This document shows, one piece after another, positions 50,014 through 61,397 of a DNA stretch of 64,000 bases. Origin of the DNA: Azolla caroliniana (Eukaryota > Plantae > Polypodiophyta). The stretch covers positions 17,732,001-17,796,000 of the forward strand of contig JBHGNT010000015.1 in NCBI GenBank assembly GCA_043228905.1, written 5' to 3'. A model generated the notes under the pieces. That model was given only the letters and a program-made list of their open reading frames with translations. It searched no databases and was not told where the DNA came from. Position 1 is the stretch's first letter. Each line of letters opens with the position of its first letter. Both the position numbers and the translations under genes were made by a program.

Positions 50014-51495
50014 CTACGCTATGGTGGTGGTAGGGGTGGTCGTTGGCTGGGCCGCAGTGGAACAAGCATGGACGGGATCACGGCGGATAATGGAGCGTAG
50101 CTTTTCCGAAACCAACGTTAGCGTGATGTCTGGTAGGTGAAGAAGGATGTAAACCCCCAAGGAGAAGACAAACCCGATGGCGGAGTTGGAGGTTGCTATT
50201 GACATCGCGGCGGACCCAATCACTACGAATGAGTCGGCCCTCTTGGTCTGATCCCGGCACGCCATTGCGAGCTCCAATCCCGCATAGAAAAGAAGAACCC
50301 CGAGAATCCCCACGGGGTACGCTTCCAGCAACCGCAGCAATGAGCTCCCGAGGACAAGACCCAGTACGAGCTTGAGGGAGCCCAGGAATACGACGGCCGC
50401 CCCGCTCCTGGCGCCAAACCTCCATTGGCCGGCCAGCCCGCCGGCCCCATGGCATGCCGGCATGGCACCGAACCAGCACCCGACAAGATTCATCAACCCC
50501 ACCGATACCGAAACCTTGGTGGGGCTCACGGCGTTGATCTTCGCGGGGTAGAGATCGCCGGCGAGCTTGCATACGGCCACGACGGAATTGAGGACCGAGA
50601 GGGGGATCTGTGGAATTGCAGCACGAAAGAACCCCCGGCGCCACTCGCTGGTGGTGATGTGAGAATACAAGTGCGGGGATGCCGGACCAAAAGTGAGGGA
50701 GCTGAAGACGCCGGGCTTCCGGATGATGGCGAGCACGAGGCCGATGACGAAGACGATGATGGCTGTTGGAACGCGCTGGAAACGGCGGCGCCATGGGGAT
50801 GACTGCTCCACTTCCTCTTGGTCTTGGTCATCGACTGCGATGGAACCCTGTGGCGGAGGCGGAGGCGGAGGCAGAGGCGGAGGCGGAGGGCCCGATCCGC
50901 CTACCACCACGATGAAGCAGAACATGAGGAGCGCCACCAGCATGCCGTCCAGCCCCATCCAATCCCTGTTGCCTTTCGTCTTCCCCGTCGTGAAATTCTG
51001 GTTCTTCAGCACGTATTTCACTCCTGTGATGGCGAAGGAGAGCCCCTGAGACAGCTGGATGCCGCGAACCACGGGCAGCGGCACCAGCCGCTGCACGACA
51101 TACATGAGGCCCGTGGCGCCCAGCCCAAAGAGGAGGGCCGATGTCGTGAGCCCAGCCGCCATGATCTCGGGGAGAGTGAGATGCTCAGAGATGGCTACGG
51201 CCGCGATCGACTTCATGGGCTGGACCGGCATGGGCACCCCGAAGCCGATGCCGGTGATGATATTGTAGGCGCCCGTGAAAATGAGGGTGGTGCCGAGGTC
51301 GAGGCCATTGGCAAGGACGAGCGCGACCACGATGGGCACAAACGTCCCGAGGTCGCCCAACGCTCCGCTCATCTCCATCCACACCGTCTTGTATGTCATG
51401 TTGGCACGCGCCTCGGCCACAAGGGCCTTCTTATCCCAACCCCCCTTCATCATCACCACCATCTTTGGTTTGTGTCCCTCTCTTTGGTCCGACAT
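50014..51495 (-). CDS. MOT1: Second molybdate transporter paralogue (MOT1 family), convergent with the first
   Basis: Same motifs. First ATG at 51495 (MSDQREG...); polyproline insert in the central loop. Confidence 0.93.
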   Translation of the reverse strand: MSDQREGHKPKMVVMMKGGWDKKALVAEARANMTYKTVWMEMSGALGDLGTFVPIVVALVLANGLDLGTTLIFTGAYNIITGIGFGVPMPVQPMKSIAAVAISEHLTLPEIMAAGLTTSALLFGLGATGLMYVVQRLVPLPVVRGIQLSQGLSFAITGVKYVLKNQNFTTGKTKGNRDWMGLDGMLVALLMFCFIVVVGGSGPPPPPLPPPPPPPQGSIAVDDQDQEEVEQSSPWRRRFQRVPTAIIVFVIGLVLAIIRKPGVFSSLTFGPASPHLYSHITTSEWRRGFFRAAIPQIPLSVLNSVVAVCKLAGDLYPAKINAVSPTKVSVSVGLMNLVGCWFGAMPACHGAGGLAGQWRFGARSGAAVVFLGSLKLVLGLVLGSSLLRLLEAYPVGILGVLLFYAGLELAMACRDQTKRADSFVVIGSAAMSIATSNSAIGFVFSLGVYILLHLPDITLTLVSEKLRSIIRRDPVHACSTAAQPTTTPTTTIA

Positions 51496-52799
51496 ATGCT
51501 TTGCCCCAAGCAAATGAAGGCCAACTACTACTACTCTTCTTGGATGCCCGATTTATTTGAAGAAAAATCCCACACTTCACTTAAATAGAAGAACAGCCTT
51601 GGCTCCCTACTTTTTTGTTCACCTCTTTTTTGGCATGTGCTATGCACCATCACAATTCCATATGGGTCCTCAACACATTCCTCAGTGTGTGCACATCAAC
51701 TCTCATGTGATGATCATTGAGTCATGTCACACGTAAGTGTGGGAAGGGGGTTCACATTGTAACTTTTGACAATCTTACAATTAGATCATTTCATGAGCAC
51801 ATGGGGGGGAATCTAATAATGTTGGTGTCGAATATTTAGACTTTTCCGAAACGGCACAAGTTCTTTGTTAAATTTTTGTTCTATTCTACATATCATTCTA
51901 GACTCCGTGAAATATACACCCTGCGTATAAAGTAAGCTTCTAAAACATAAATTGATTGATGGATACAATCAATGGATAGTAATAAAACGCGCATCATGTA
52001 TTCATATGCACATGTGGCCCAAACTTTCTAAACTTGGCCTGAGAATGGACATTTAAACGTCATATATCTCTTCCATATTCTACCTTAGAATCCCTCTCTC
52101 CTACTCTTCATTTCCCTTTGTACCTCATATATCATATCTTCAAAGTATCCTTATTCTATCAATTTTCACAAATTGAATGAGATGGGTCAATACAAATTGA
52201 TGATATCCTAAGTAAGGGAAAACCCCTAACTACCAGCTTACTCTTGTTGCGTATTTACCAAAATACCTAATGACAAGTTTTAAACAATCGCTAGGTAACG
52301 CAATGTAGTGCATATTTCGGTCTAGCATATGAATTCTGAAAATGTTGATCAAACTAAGTAATATGATAGGTTACTCATCTCCCTCTTTTTTTCCAAAACT
52401 AAAACTCCTTGCATTACTTACAAAAGTTTACAACCATGAATTGGGTGGGGTGTTATATACACACTACAAAAGGAGCTTGATAGTTCCATGTTATGTGGAG
52501 GCCCTAAGCTTCAAGAAAGGGACAGGAAAACCATTGCTAGATGAAGAGTAAGTGTTTGTCTTTCGACTCCTTCGGATCCGCCCGTGAGTCCATCGTATTG
52601 ACTATTTAACATGGCTACAACTTCACTCCATACCTCCTGCAATAACTGCTTCCATATGGTTCATAGCGTTATTGGGTTGATCAATTCCATCATGGTTGGA
52701 TCTTTGGCATTGATGTGGGTTGAGAGAACATTGCCGATGGTGGAAAATGAAATCTCTTACATCGTTACCACCAACGTCATTCCGTCCTAATATTCGTAT

Positions 52800-54106
52800 A
52801 TGTCAATTGGGGCCTGCCATGATAATTAACATACATTTCCCCACTTGATTGAGTCTTGCACCATACATACGTTGTCGCGTTTTTATGCGCGTGCGTGGAG
52901 AAAGGCGGGACCACGGGGGTCTTGGACCAGGGAGTGACAGAGCGTAGGAAGTCGTGCTTCACTGTTTCTGGGGCATCCCAGAAACACACCGGAAGCAACC
53001 GAAGGGAGAGAGAGAGAGAGAGAGAGAGTAACACTGACTCACGCACACACACCCACACACTCGCACACACACGCACACACAACCCGACTCGACTCACGCC
53101 CTTATGTACAGGAAACGCAGGAAAGGGGGAGCACCCGACACCAACATAGACGCGAATATACACAGACAGACGCAAACATATATATATGTATAGACAGAAG
53201 AATATAATCCCGGCTTCGAGCCGGACCAAGATAGTTTACAACAATCGTCTGCTGTCAAGCCGCCGTCGGGGAGCTCTTGGGCTCGTCGCGCCGAGCGGGG
53301 TCTTGCACAGGAGATAAGATGCAGCCAACCCTAAACGAACACGAAGGGGAAGAAGAAGAAGGAGAAGAAACCTAACCCTAAACCTACTGGTATACCCTCT
53401 AATCCAAAATGGGCAACCCTTTTACAAAGGACGTTCCCTTCCTTTTATAGAACAAGGAAAGGGAGGCGTTACAACGTGGGACAAATCCCGACTTTCATGG
53501 GATCGTCTGTCCCGACTTGACTACTCTTCGGCGCCATAAAGGCGCCCTCGTTATTCACATCAAATGTACATGGGTGCGTACACACCCTGCACCCCGCCGA
53601 TGTAGCCAATGTTTCCCGGTTTTCGCCTATGGCCGAAATTCTTCACGACATCCGCCCCCACCTAATTGCACGTCCACCGGTATGTGCCAAATCTGGTTGA
53701 AGGGTGAGAGATTTCGGCCGGCGAGAAACCGGTCTCCTGTGATCTGCATCTCAGCTCGCTGCCGGTTTGATCTGTCGGCTTCGAGTCTTCCTTCGCGCTC
53801 GCCTCCCCGTAGGCTCGTTCGACCCGTTGATGGTACGCGATCTCCGTGGTACGCGTACTTCCGTTGGCCCTTGTTCGGCCGTATGAACGCCCCGCTTCCA
53901 TCGTATGCTCGATGTCCTCCGCTTGAGCAATGCCCGTGGCAGCCCGCTTGGCCTCCGTTGTTGAATCGTGATGTCCCCCTGGTGTTTCGCATCGCCTTCG
54001 TCCTTCCACCGCCACCTTCCTTCTCCATGGTCTTACATTGCCGTGTCGGTTTGATCCGTCATGGTCTTCGGGACGGTGTGGAGGATCCCTTTTCGGCCTT
54101 CTCCGC
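52800..54106 (-). mobile_element. Probable 3' end/LTR-like part of a GC-rich degenerate retroelement that hosts element C
   Basis: Minus-strand CTATAAAAG at about 53443-53450; PPT-like GGCGGGGTGCAGGGTG before TGTACG at 53582. Repeats (CCACCTTCCTTCTCC..GGTCTTAC) are shared with 62000-62400. Boundaries are uncertain. Confidence 0.45.
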
Positions 54107-54891
54107 TGTCGTGCCTTTCGGCTCCGGATCGTTGCGTGAGTCGGGTGGGAACCACAGAGGTCTTGGACTAGGAGAAAGAAGTTCGTGAGATAGAGATTAG
54201 TTATGAATAAATAACGAAGAGAAAGATAAGAAACTCGTGAATCACACGAGTATACTATATTAATTGGTACTTAGGGTGTTAAGAGAGAAGTAGACGTATA
54301 AATCGTGAATCCCACGAATAATTTTTGTATTAATTAATACTTAATCCAAATAATCAACAACTCTTTACATATTTCTCTCCTCCTTATATAAGGGAGGAAG
54401 AGCTAAGCATGGCTTCATGTTTTTTTTTTTTACAAAAAGTGTTCATGTCCACTAAATGTGCATGTGATGCCTTTTTATTTCCTAAGTATAGGGCTCATGC
54501 ACGCTAGATGTGCATGAGTTATTTTTAGTGTCTCGTGTTTTTCTTTTTCATATATTAAAAAAATACACGATTTACCTTTTAATAAAGGTATGCATAAATA
54601 AAGGTCTTATACGTATTAAATCTATATTTAAAACACTTAAGATAAGTTAATGTAATGGTAAGGTTGGGGTTTGTCAACGTGAAGGTGCAGAGTTCGAATC
54701 ACGCCCTGCGCAGTAGTGAGTATTTCCTTTCTTTTTACATTTATGTCTCTTTATCCGGCTCTTCCTTGCCGGTATGCCGTTTTCCTCCTTGCCGGTATGC
54801 CGTTTTCTTCCGGTTCTCACCGAGCACTCCATTCTCTATCCGGAGGGACAAAAATATAATTTCCACATAGTGTGCAACCTACACTACGACA
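54107..54891 (-). repeat. 3' LTR of element C
   Basis: Direct repeat of 60559-61393 with two fewer units of about 24 bp (CCTTGCCGGTATGCCGTTTT). Confidence 0.95.
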
Positions 54892-57800
54892 CTCGCCCCC
54901 TCCAAACCCGCACATCCTCCGGTATGTGCCGAAGTTCTTGATTCTTCGTATCCGTCTTCATCCGAAGCTTCCTCCGATTCTCCCCTTATGTCGACTATGA
55001 GTTGTAATCCACTTTCTTCGCTTCCCGCATCATTGTGGTCTTCGTCCGATTGCTCCTCGTTGTCGGCCTCGACTTGGATCACATAAGGTTTGTCGTCGGT
55101 CCGCTTCTTGAAAATCTTCACCCGCTTCCCGGCTATAGGCACTCGTAGTATTGTTCCATCCAACTCGGACAGTCGGTACGTCCCGTTGTCGAAGACCTTC
55201 CGAACCTCGTACGGCCCGAACCACCTTTTCGCGAATTTCCGCATCGTTGTATGTTGATGGTCCAAGCTACTATCATAGACGATCACCCAATCTCCTTCTT
55301 CAATCCTCCTCGGTCGTAGTCGGTGCTTTGTGTGGAACCGGCTTTTGTTCCGGAACCGTGCTTCTTGTTGTCGGCGTGACGCTTCCGCTACATCTTTCGG
55401 TCTTCCCTCCAGTTGTCGTATCCGGACCGCTAGTAGTTCTTCCCGGCTCATCTCTTCCTTCCACGGTAGTATTGTCCATGTCGCGATTGCGGTTTCCGTT
55501 GGCATTACCGGTGCTTGTCCGGTCATGAGTTCTGCCGGCATGTAACCGGTCACGGAGCTATGCGTCGTCCGATCCGCCCATAGTGCATACGGAAGCATTT
55601 GTGGCCAATCCTTCACCCTTCCGTCGCATGCCTTCGCAAGTGCTTTCACGATCGGACTATGTCCTCGTTCGATCTTCCCGTTGGCCTCCGGATTGTAGGC
55701 CGTTGTCAACGTTAACCGAACTCCATGTTTGGCGAAGAATCCCCTAGCTTTGTCCGAGTCGAGTTCTCCCCGGTCCGCAATCACTTGTCCTACGCAGCCG
55801 TACCTACAAAACACTTCTTCCAAAAGAAATTGGCACACCGCGGCACACGTTTTCCTCCGAAGCGCTCGACCTTCAACTTGGTTTGTGAGATCTTCTCGAG
55901 CTAACACCAAGTATTTCTTTTGTCCAATCCCGGTCGGCATAGCTACAATGTCGACCATCCACTTGAAGTTGATTGTCGGTGAGAATGTCGGATGCAGCTC
56001 ATCTCGGTGTCGGACCCCGGAGTAGACTTGACATTTCTCGCAGCTTTCTGTGAACTCCGCGACATCTTTATACATGTTCTTCCACCAATATCTTTGCTTG
56101 ATTTTCACAAAAGTTGCCCATGTTCCTCGATGTCCAGCCCAATCGGATTCGTGGAACTCGGACATTATCCGGTTTCGTTGCTCTTTCGTCCCGACTACTC
56201 GAAGTGGTATCCCATCCGGTCTTTTCGGCGTCCTCCATATTAAACCGTTTTCCAAGAAGAACTTTTGGACTTGCCTCTTCTTCCTTCGGATCTCGGCTCT
56301 CCTTTCTTTATCATTGGTTGAATCCTCGACCTCTTGTAGCATCTTCCCGATCATCAAGGTTTCCCCCTCGTATTCTTCTTCCCGGAATTCTCGGATCACG
56401 TTCACTCGGCATATGTGTTCTGACGTGAAGTAGTCTTCGGAAACTTCTTCATTATCTGATTCGGTTATGTCGTCTTCAAACCGCGCCCTCGATAACATGT
56501 CCGCTACCGCGTTGTCCTTCCCCGAGATGTGTCGAACCTCCGGATTAAGTGACTTGACATATGCAATCCACCTTAGCATAGCCACATCCGGTATCGTACA
56601 ACACCGCATCATCCCGAGTATCGGAAGACAATCCGTCTCGATCACCACTTCAGCTCCGATCAAATAATCCCGATCCGATTTTATCGCCGACACGACTCCC
56701 CACAATTCTCTTTTGATTTGTGCATATCCGCGTTGCCTTTCGTTGAGGACCTTTGCTCCAAATCGAATCGGATACCGCGAACCATCCGAGTCGGCTTGAT
56801 TGATGACCCACCCGATACCGGTTGGACTTGTATCAACCGTTACTATGATTGGCCGCTCGTAGCTTGGCTTCTTAAGTGATTCCGCCCTCCATAGTGTCTT
56901 CTTGAGCTTCCTCATGGCTTTAGTGTGTTCCGGTTTCCACTCGAATTTCTTACCTTTCCGCAACAAGTGATAGAGCGGGTCCGCTATATGTGCATAGTGC
57001 GGAATCCATATGTGATAGAATGCACACGCACCTAGAAACCTTCGGACTTCCGACGTTGACTCACATACTTCCTTCATAGCTTGAATCGCATCGATCTTTG
57101 TTGGTGACGGTCTTCGGCCGTAGGGTCCACATAGATGTCCGACCACCAATATTTCTTCTTGCCCGAATGCCGATTTCTCCCCGGAAAGTGTTAGGTGCAC
57201 ATCTTCTAGCTTTCGCAACACTTTCTCGCAATCATGAATATGGTCGACCACGAACTTTCGGCATCCCCGATCATCCATAGTCTCATCTTTTTCTTCCACC
57301 GCGCATCCTTTCATCGGAATGTCATCTAGAAACGGCATCGTTATCTCCGGGATGCAATCTCGAAGCACCTTGTTCATCGCGTTCATCATATGTGCAACCG
57401 AGTTTGTCGCTCCTTGTGGTAGTGTGCACATTCGAACTAGTCCTATCGGTGTCCGCATGGTAGTGATGTCTCGGCTCTCCACGGCTAGTTGGAATTGGTC
57501 ATACCCCGAGTATAGGTCCCCGATGGAGTATATCGCACGTCCGGCAAAAGCTTCCGCGAATTCGTCCACTATCGGACCGACTCCCGAGTTCCGGATCGTG
57601 ACCTTGTTCACCGGTTGCAAGTCTTGGATGAATCGGAGTGACCCATTCTTCTTCGGAACCGTAAACCATCGATTTGAGTACGGAGCACTTGATGGCTCTA
57701 GAATCCCCATCGCCACCTTCTCCTTGAGCAAGTCGATGACTTTCGGAATATGCGCCCGTGGCACCGGAATCGGCTTCAGGTTCCACGGTACATGATCAAT

Positions 57801-58346
57801 CGTGAAAATCACCATCGGCTCCACTATCTTTGGATCAATGCATCCGATCTCCCTCGATGTGAACGCGAATGCTTTGCCATGTTGCTCCAACATCTCTCGA
57901 AACCGTTTTTCTTCTTCTTGTAAGAGGAACCCACCTCCACCGATCCGAAGTTTCTTCCGGGTCTCATCTGTGAAGGCATGTCCGATATCCACGGTCTTCC
58001 GAAGTGTCGGATCTCCCGAGACTTCTTTCCTCTTTTGTTCGCTATCGGCGGGTAGTGGTCCCGCGGCCGGTTTCACCTTCTTCTCCACGGTCTTGTATTT
58101 CGTACTTACCATTGCTTCTTCTTTGCGGAGCGCATCCGGCCCCATTTTCGCAACGATCTCGTACATCTCGACCGATTCCACCGGGACTACCCGGTTCCCT
58201 TGGCTTTTATCTTCCGCAAGCTCTTCAAGTCGTTGTAGTGTATTCCCATAGAACACTTCCTCGATCACTCCCACGATTTCTTCGTCTTCTTTTATTATTG
58301 ATGCCGACCGTAACTTATCCTCCACTTGTCGGTATTGTTTCTTCAT
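54879..58346 (-). CDS. pol (RT-RNase H-integrase) of element C, expressed by -1 frameshift from gag-PR
   Basis: 1155-aa open frame with DLYSGYDQ, PFLDD, VDTSPTG, GHRG..CEKC, IADRG and NGKIER. The frame is open upstream to about 58490. Confidence 0.92.
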   Translation of the reverse strand: MKKQYRQVEDKLRSASIIKEDEEIVGVIEEVFYGNTLQRLEELAEDKSQGNRVVPVESVEMYEIVAKMGPDALRKEEAMVSTKYKTVEKKVKPAAGPLPADSEQKRKEVSGDPTLRKTVDIGHAFTDETRKKLRIGGGGFLLQEEEKRFREMLEQHGKAFAFTSREIGCIDPKIVEPMVIFTIDHVPWNLKPIPVPRAHIPKVIDLLKEKVAMGILEPSSAPYSNRWFTVPKKNGSLRFIQDLQPVNKVTIRNSGVGPIVDEFAEAFAGRAIYSIGDLYSGYDQFQLAVESRDITTMRTPIGLVRMCTLPQGATNSVAHMMNAMNKVLRDCIPEITMPFLDDIPMKGCAVEEKDETMDDRGCRKFVVDHIHDCEKVLRKLEDVHLTLSGEKSAFGQEEILVVGHLCGPYGRRPSPTKIDAIQAMKEVCESTSEVRRFLGACAFYHIWIPHYAHIADPLYHLLRKGKKFEWKPEHTKAMRKLKKTLWRAESLKKPSYERPIIVTVDTSPTGIGWVINQADSDGSRYPIRFGAKVLNERQRGYAQIKRELWGVVSAIKSDRDYLIGAEVVIETDCLPILGMMRCCTIPDVAMLRWIAYVKSLNPEVRHISGKDNAVADMLSRARFEDDITESDNEEVSEDYFTSEHICRVNVIREFREEEYEGETLMIGKMLQEVEDSTNDKERRAEIRRKKRQVQKFFLENGLIWRTPKRPDGIPLRVVGTKEQRNRIMSEFHESDWAGHRGTWATFVKIKQRYWWKNMYKDVAEFTESCEKCQVYSGVRHRDELHPTFSPTINFKWMVDIVAMPTGIGQKKYLVLAREDLTNQVEGRALRRKTCAAVCQFLLEEVFCRYGCVGQVIADRGELDSDKARGFFAKHGVRLTLTTAYNPEANGKIERGHSPIVKALAKACDGRVKDWPQMLPYALWADRTTHSSVTGYMPAELMTGQAPVMPTETAIATWTILPWKEEMSREELLAVRIRQLEGRPKDVAEASRRQQEARFRNKSRFHTKHRLRPRRIEEGDWVIVYDSSLDHQHTTMRKFAKRWFGPYEVRKVFDNGTYRLSELDGTILRVPIAGKRVKIFKKRTDDKPYVIQVEADNEEQSDEDHNDAGSEESGLQLIVDIRGESEEASDEDGYEESRTSAHTGGCAGLEGASVVV

Positions 58347-58480
58347 TCCTCCGGTTACGGCCGTGTACGTAGATGCCCCATCCGGCCCGATTCGTACTTG
58401 TTTTGCTCCGAGAGTTTTCTTCCTGTGTGGGGTATCAGGGCTTCTCGGACTATCACTCCCCCACTCCGCAACAGTCCGCT

Positions 58481-60520
58481 TTAAAAATCCATTCTCACTT
58501 GGGACAAGAGTTCCCTCTTGTTCCTTTCGTGATTTGCCGGCACCGTTAGGAATTGGACGGATTTCCCTCCGTTTTGGCTCCGAATTCGCGCAAAAGCCGC
58601 ACCACTATCGAGCACCTTCGTCTCCATCCGTGAAGCCGTGATAAAGGGTTGGCCGAGGATGACAGAATGTGAAACCTCATCCTGCACAAAGAAATTTTGG
58701 TCAATTTCGACATCCCCGATCTTTACCGTCACATCCGGACAAGCCGCAAATAGGTCTTCTGTCGTTTTCGTGGCTGCCCGAATCTTCCATCCATGGTTGG
58801 TGTTTATAGGCCACTTCCCCTTTCGGTAGAACTCCTTGGACATCAAGTTGATCTCCGATCCGTGATCAATCAATGCTAGCACGGGTTCTTTGATGTTGCC
58901 GATTCGGACCGGAGTCTCCGTAGTCGCACGTGCCCAGTGTGGCCTTGTATAGTGGGAGTTCGGAATTTCGCCTTCCACTTCGGTGTCGTTCATTGAAACG
59001 GTATTTGCATTCACCCTTGGAGCATTTTCCTCCGTACTTTGTCTCTTCCTTTTCACGAGATCCACGAGAAGATCGTGAAACTCCTTCTTCGCTATTCCGA
59101 GTAGTTCCCGCAGCGAAAAATCTACCCGGCTATCCAAGATTCTTTCCTCGAACACTCTTTTCAAGTCGGTTTGTTGTTCTATGTCCGAGGCGAGCTTGAA
59201 TGCCGGAGTCGCCTTTTCTTTTCCCTTACCTCCGGAGTTCCAGCTTTCCGGTATCTTCGATGGTCCGGCCGCATCCTCCGTGCGCCGTCGTTTCTCGTCC
59301 ACATACACCTCATGTAATTGACACAGGGCGTATATGCTATTCTTGTCGACAGGGCACTCCCATCCCGTAGCTTCCCGGACGCCTTCCGCGGTGTTTCGGA
59401 TATCGTTGGAGTCGGTTTTCTCGGTGTTTCCTAGCACCTCCGGCCAGAAAGACGCCTTCGCTCCCGTTGACTCCCCGACACATATTCCCGCGGTTGTCGC
59501 ATAGTTGCTTCTTGCCGCTAACTCCTCCTCGAGCACCTTCTTCATGCCGCCTTTCCGGAAGTTCGGTCGGAGTGGCTTCCGAGAGTCCATCGAATGAATC
59601 CGGTTTCCCTCGTAGTAGATGAGATCCCGTCGTAGCGCCTCCTTATGGTCGTCGCAATCCCTCCGATCGTGTTCGGCGCTATCGCACCATATGCACCGTC
59701 GATCCGTATATTTGGAGCTTGTGGGGAGATCATCCGACTTCTTCACCATCGCGATCTTTAGATTCTCCATCTCCTTCAGCAGCTCCTCCACCGTAGACGC
59801 GTCGACTCCCTTCTCGGCCGTAATCTCCCGAGCCCTCGGTTGATGGTCTTCCAGTCCCGTTCTCGGTTTCAGAATCGGTTCCGAAACCCTCTTTTCTTCG
59901 TTGGCAAGCCATTGCCCCCTCTTCGTGTAACGCGCGACGATATCCCGCACGCTTTCCCATGTTTCGGTGAGGCCGCTTTCGGTGGTCGTGTCCTCAAGAA
60001 GCACTCCGAGATCTTTCCGGTCCCGGACGTCCACAGCTCGCAAAAACATGATGACTTTGTCCGGTGCAAGAATAGTTTGATCTCTCGCGGACAACCTCCC
60101 GAACCGACTTTCGAATGTCGAAAACACTTCGAGGACCTTCAGCCCCTTACCTGACGTTTCCACCCAATCCTCGAATCCCCTCCGCGTTGCCTTGGAGGAG
60201 TCCTCGATGGCAAACGTGGTCTTTAACGCCTCTTCGAATGCTTCCCACGTCGGATTTTGTTGTTGCAACCCGTGGATACTCCCTTGAAGCCCGTCGGTCG
60301 CCACCCGGTTAAAGGATGTCACTTGCAGTCCTTCCGAAGCCCGGCACCGGAGCATCTCCGCCTTGTAGTCCTGCAAATATCGCGACACATCCTTACCATT
60401 AAATTGCCCGTTGCATTGCACGAGCCGCTCTACTGATGCCGAAATCTCCGACATCGTGCGTTGTTCTTGAAGCATCCGTTCGAACATCGCCATCATATTG
60501 TTAGCTTGTTGAGCCTCCAT
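58481..60520 (-). CDS. gag-protease of element C
   Basis: FNGKDVSRYL, CIWCDSAEHDRRDC zinc knuckle, PHWARATTETPV and ALIDHGSEIN. The first ATG downstream of the PBS is at 60520 (MEAQQ). Confidence 0.88.
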   Translation of the reverse strand: MEAQQANNMMAMFERMLQEQRTMSEISASVERLVQCNGQFNGKDVSRYLQDYKAEMLRCRASEGLQVTSFNRVATDGLQGSIHGLQQQNPTWEAFEEALKTTFAIEDSSKATRRGFEDWVETSGKGLKVLEVFSTFESRFGRLSARDQTILAPDKVIMFLRAVDVRDRKDLGVLLEDTTTESGLTETWESVRDIVARYTKRGQWLANEEKRVSEPILKPRTGLEDHQPRAREITAEKGVDASTVEELLKEMENLKIAMVKKSDDLPTSSKYTDRRCIWCDSAEHDRRDCDDHKEALRRDLIYYEGNRIHSMDSRKPLRPNFRKGGMKKVLEEELAARSNYATTAGICVGESTGAKASFWPEVLGNTEKTDSNDIRNTAEGVREATGWECPVDKNSIYALCQLHEVYVDEKRRRTEDAAGPSKIPESWNSGGKGKEKATPAFKLASDIEQQTDLKRVFEERILDSRVDFSLRELLGIAKKEFHDLLVDLVKRKRQSTEENAPRVNANTVSMNDTEVEGEIPNSHYTRPHWARATTETPVRIGNIKEPVLALIDHGSEINLMSKEFYRKGKWPINTNHGWKIRAATKTTEDLFAACPDVTVKIGDVEIDQNFFVQDEVSHSVILGQPFITASRMETKVLDSGAAFARIRSQNGGKSVQFLTVPANHERNKRELLSQVRMDF

Positions 60521-60536
60521 CTCCTTGCCACTCGTC

Positions 60537-60554
60537 TTCACGTCGGGTTCACCA
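60537..60554 (-). promoter_or_regulatory. Primer-binding site complementary to tRNA-Trp
   Basis: Plus strand TTCACGTCGGGTTCACCA matches the 3' end of plant cytosolic tRNA-Trp as I recall it; it lies 4 nt from the 5' LTR. Confidence 0.8.
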
Positions 60555-60558
60555 ACTG

Positions 60559-61393
60559 TGTCGTGCCTTTCGGCTCCGGATCGTTGCGTGAGTCGGGTGG
60601 GAACCACAGAGGTCTTGGACTAGGAGAAAGAAGTTCGTGAGATAGAGATTAGTTATGAATAAATAACGAAGAGAAAGATAAGAAACTCGTGAATCACACG
60701 AGTATACTATATTAATTGGTACTTAGGGTGTTAAGAGAGAAGTAGACGTATAAATCGTGAATCCCACGAATAATTTTTGTATTAATTAATACTTAATCCA
60801 AATAATCAACAACTCTTTACATATTTCTCTCCTCCTTATATAAGGGAGGAAGAGCTAAGCATGGCTTCATGCTTTTTTTTTTTTACAAAAAGTGTTCATG
60901 TCCACTAAATGTGCATGTGATGCTTTTTTATTTCCTAAGTATAGGGCTCATGCACGCTAGATGTGCATGAGTTATTTTTAGTGTCTCGTGTTTTTCTTTT
61001 TCATATATTAAAAAAATACACGATTTACCTTTTAATAAAGGTATGCATAAATAAAGGTCTTATACGTATTAAATCTATATTTAAAACACTTAAGATAAGT
61101 TAATGTAATGGTAAGGTTGGGGTTTGTCAACGTGAAGGTGCAAAGTTCGAATCACGCCCTGCGCAGTAGTGAGTATTTCCTTTCTTTTTACATTTATGTC
61201 TCTTTATCCGGCTCTTCCTTGCCGGTATGCCGTTTTCTTCCTTGCCGGTATGTCGTTTTTTTCCTCCTTGCCGGTATGCCGTTTTCCTCCTTGCCGGTAT
61301 GCCGTTTTCTTCCGGTTCTCACCGAGCACTCCATTCTCTATCCGGAGGGACAAAAATATAATTTCCACATAGTGTGCAACCTACACTACGACA
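60559..61393 (-). repeat. 5' LTR of element C
   Basis: Direct repeat of 54107-54891. Confidence 0.95.
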
Positions 61394-61397
61394 CCGC

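Larger units (their letters stand above)
54107..61393 (-). mobile_element. Full-length, apparently intact Ty3/Gypsy element C ('HWARAT' lineage), 4-bp TSD CCGC
   Basis: LTRs 54107-54891 and 60559-61393 (TGTCGT...ACGACA, near-identical); CCGC at 54103-54106 and 61394-61397; tRNA-Trp PBS; PPT GGAGGGGGCGAG; two open ORFs. Confidence 0.95.
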
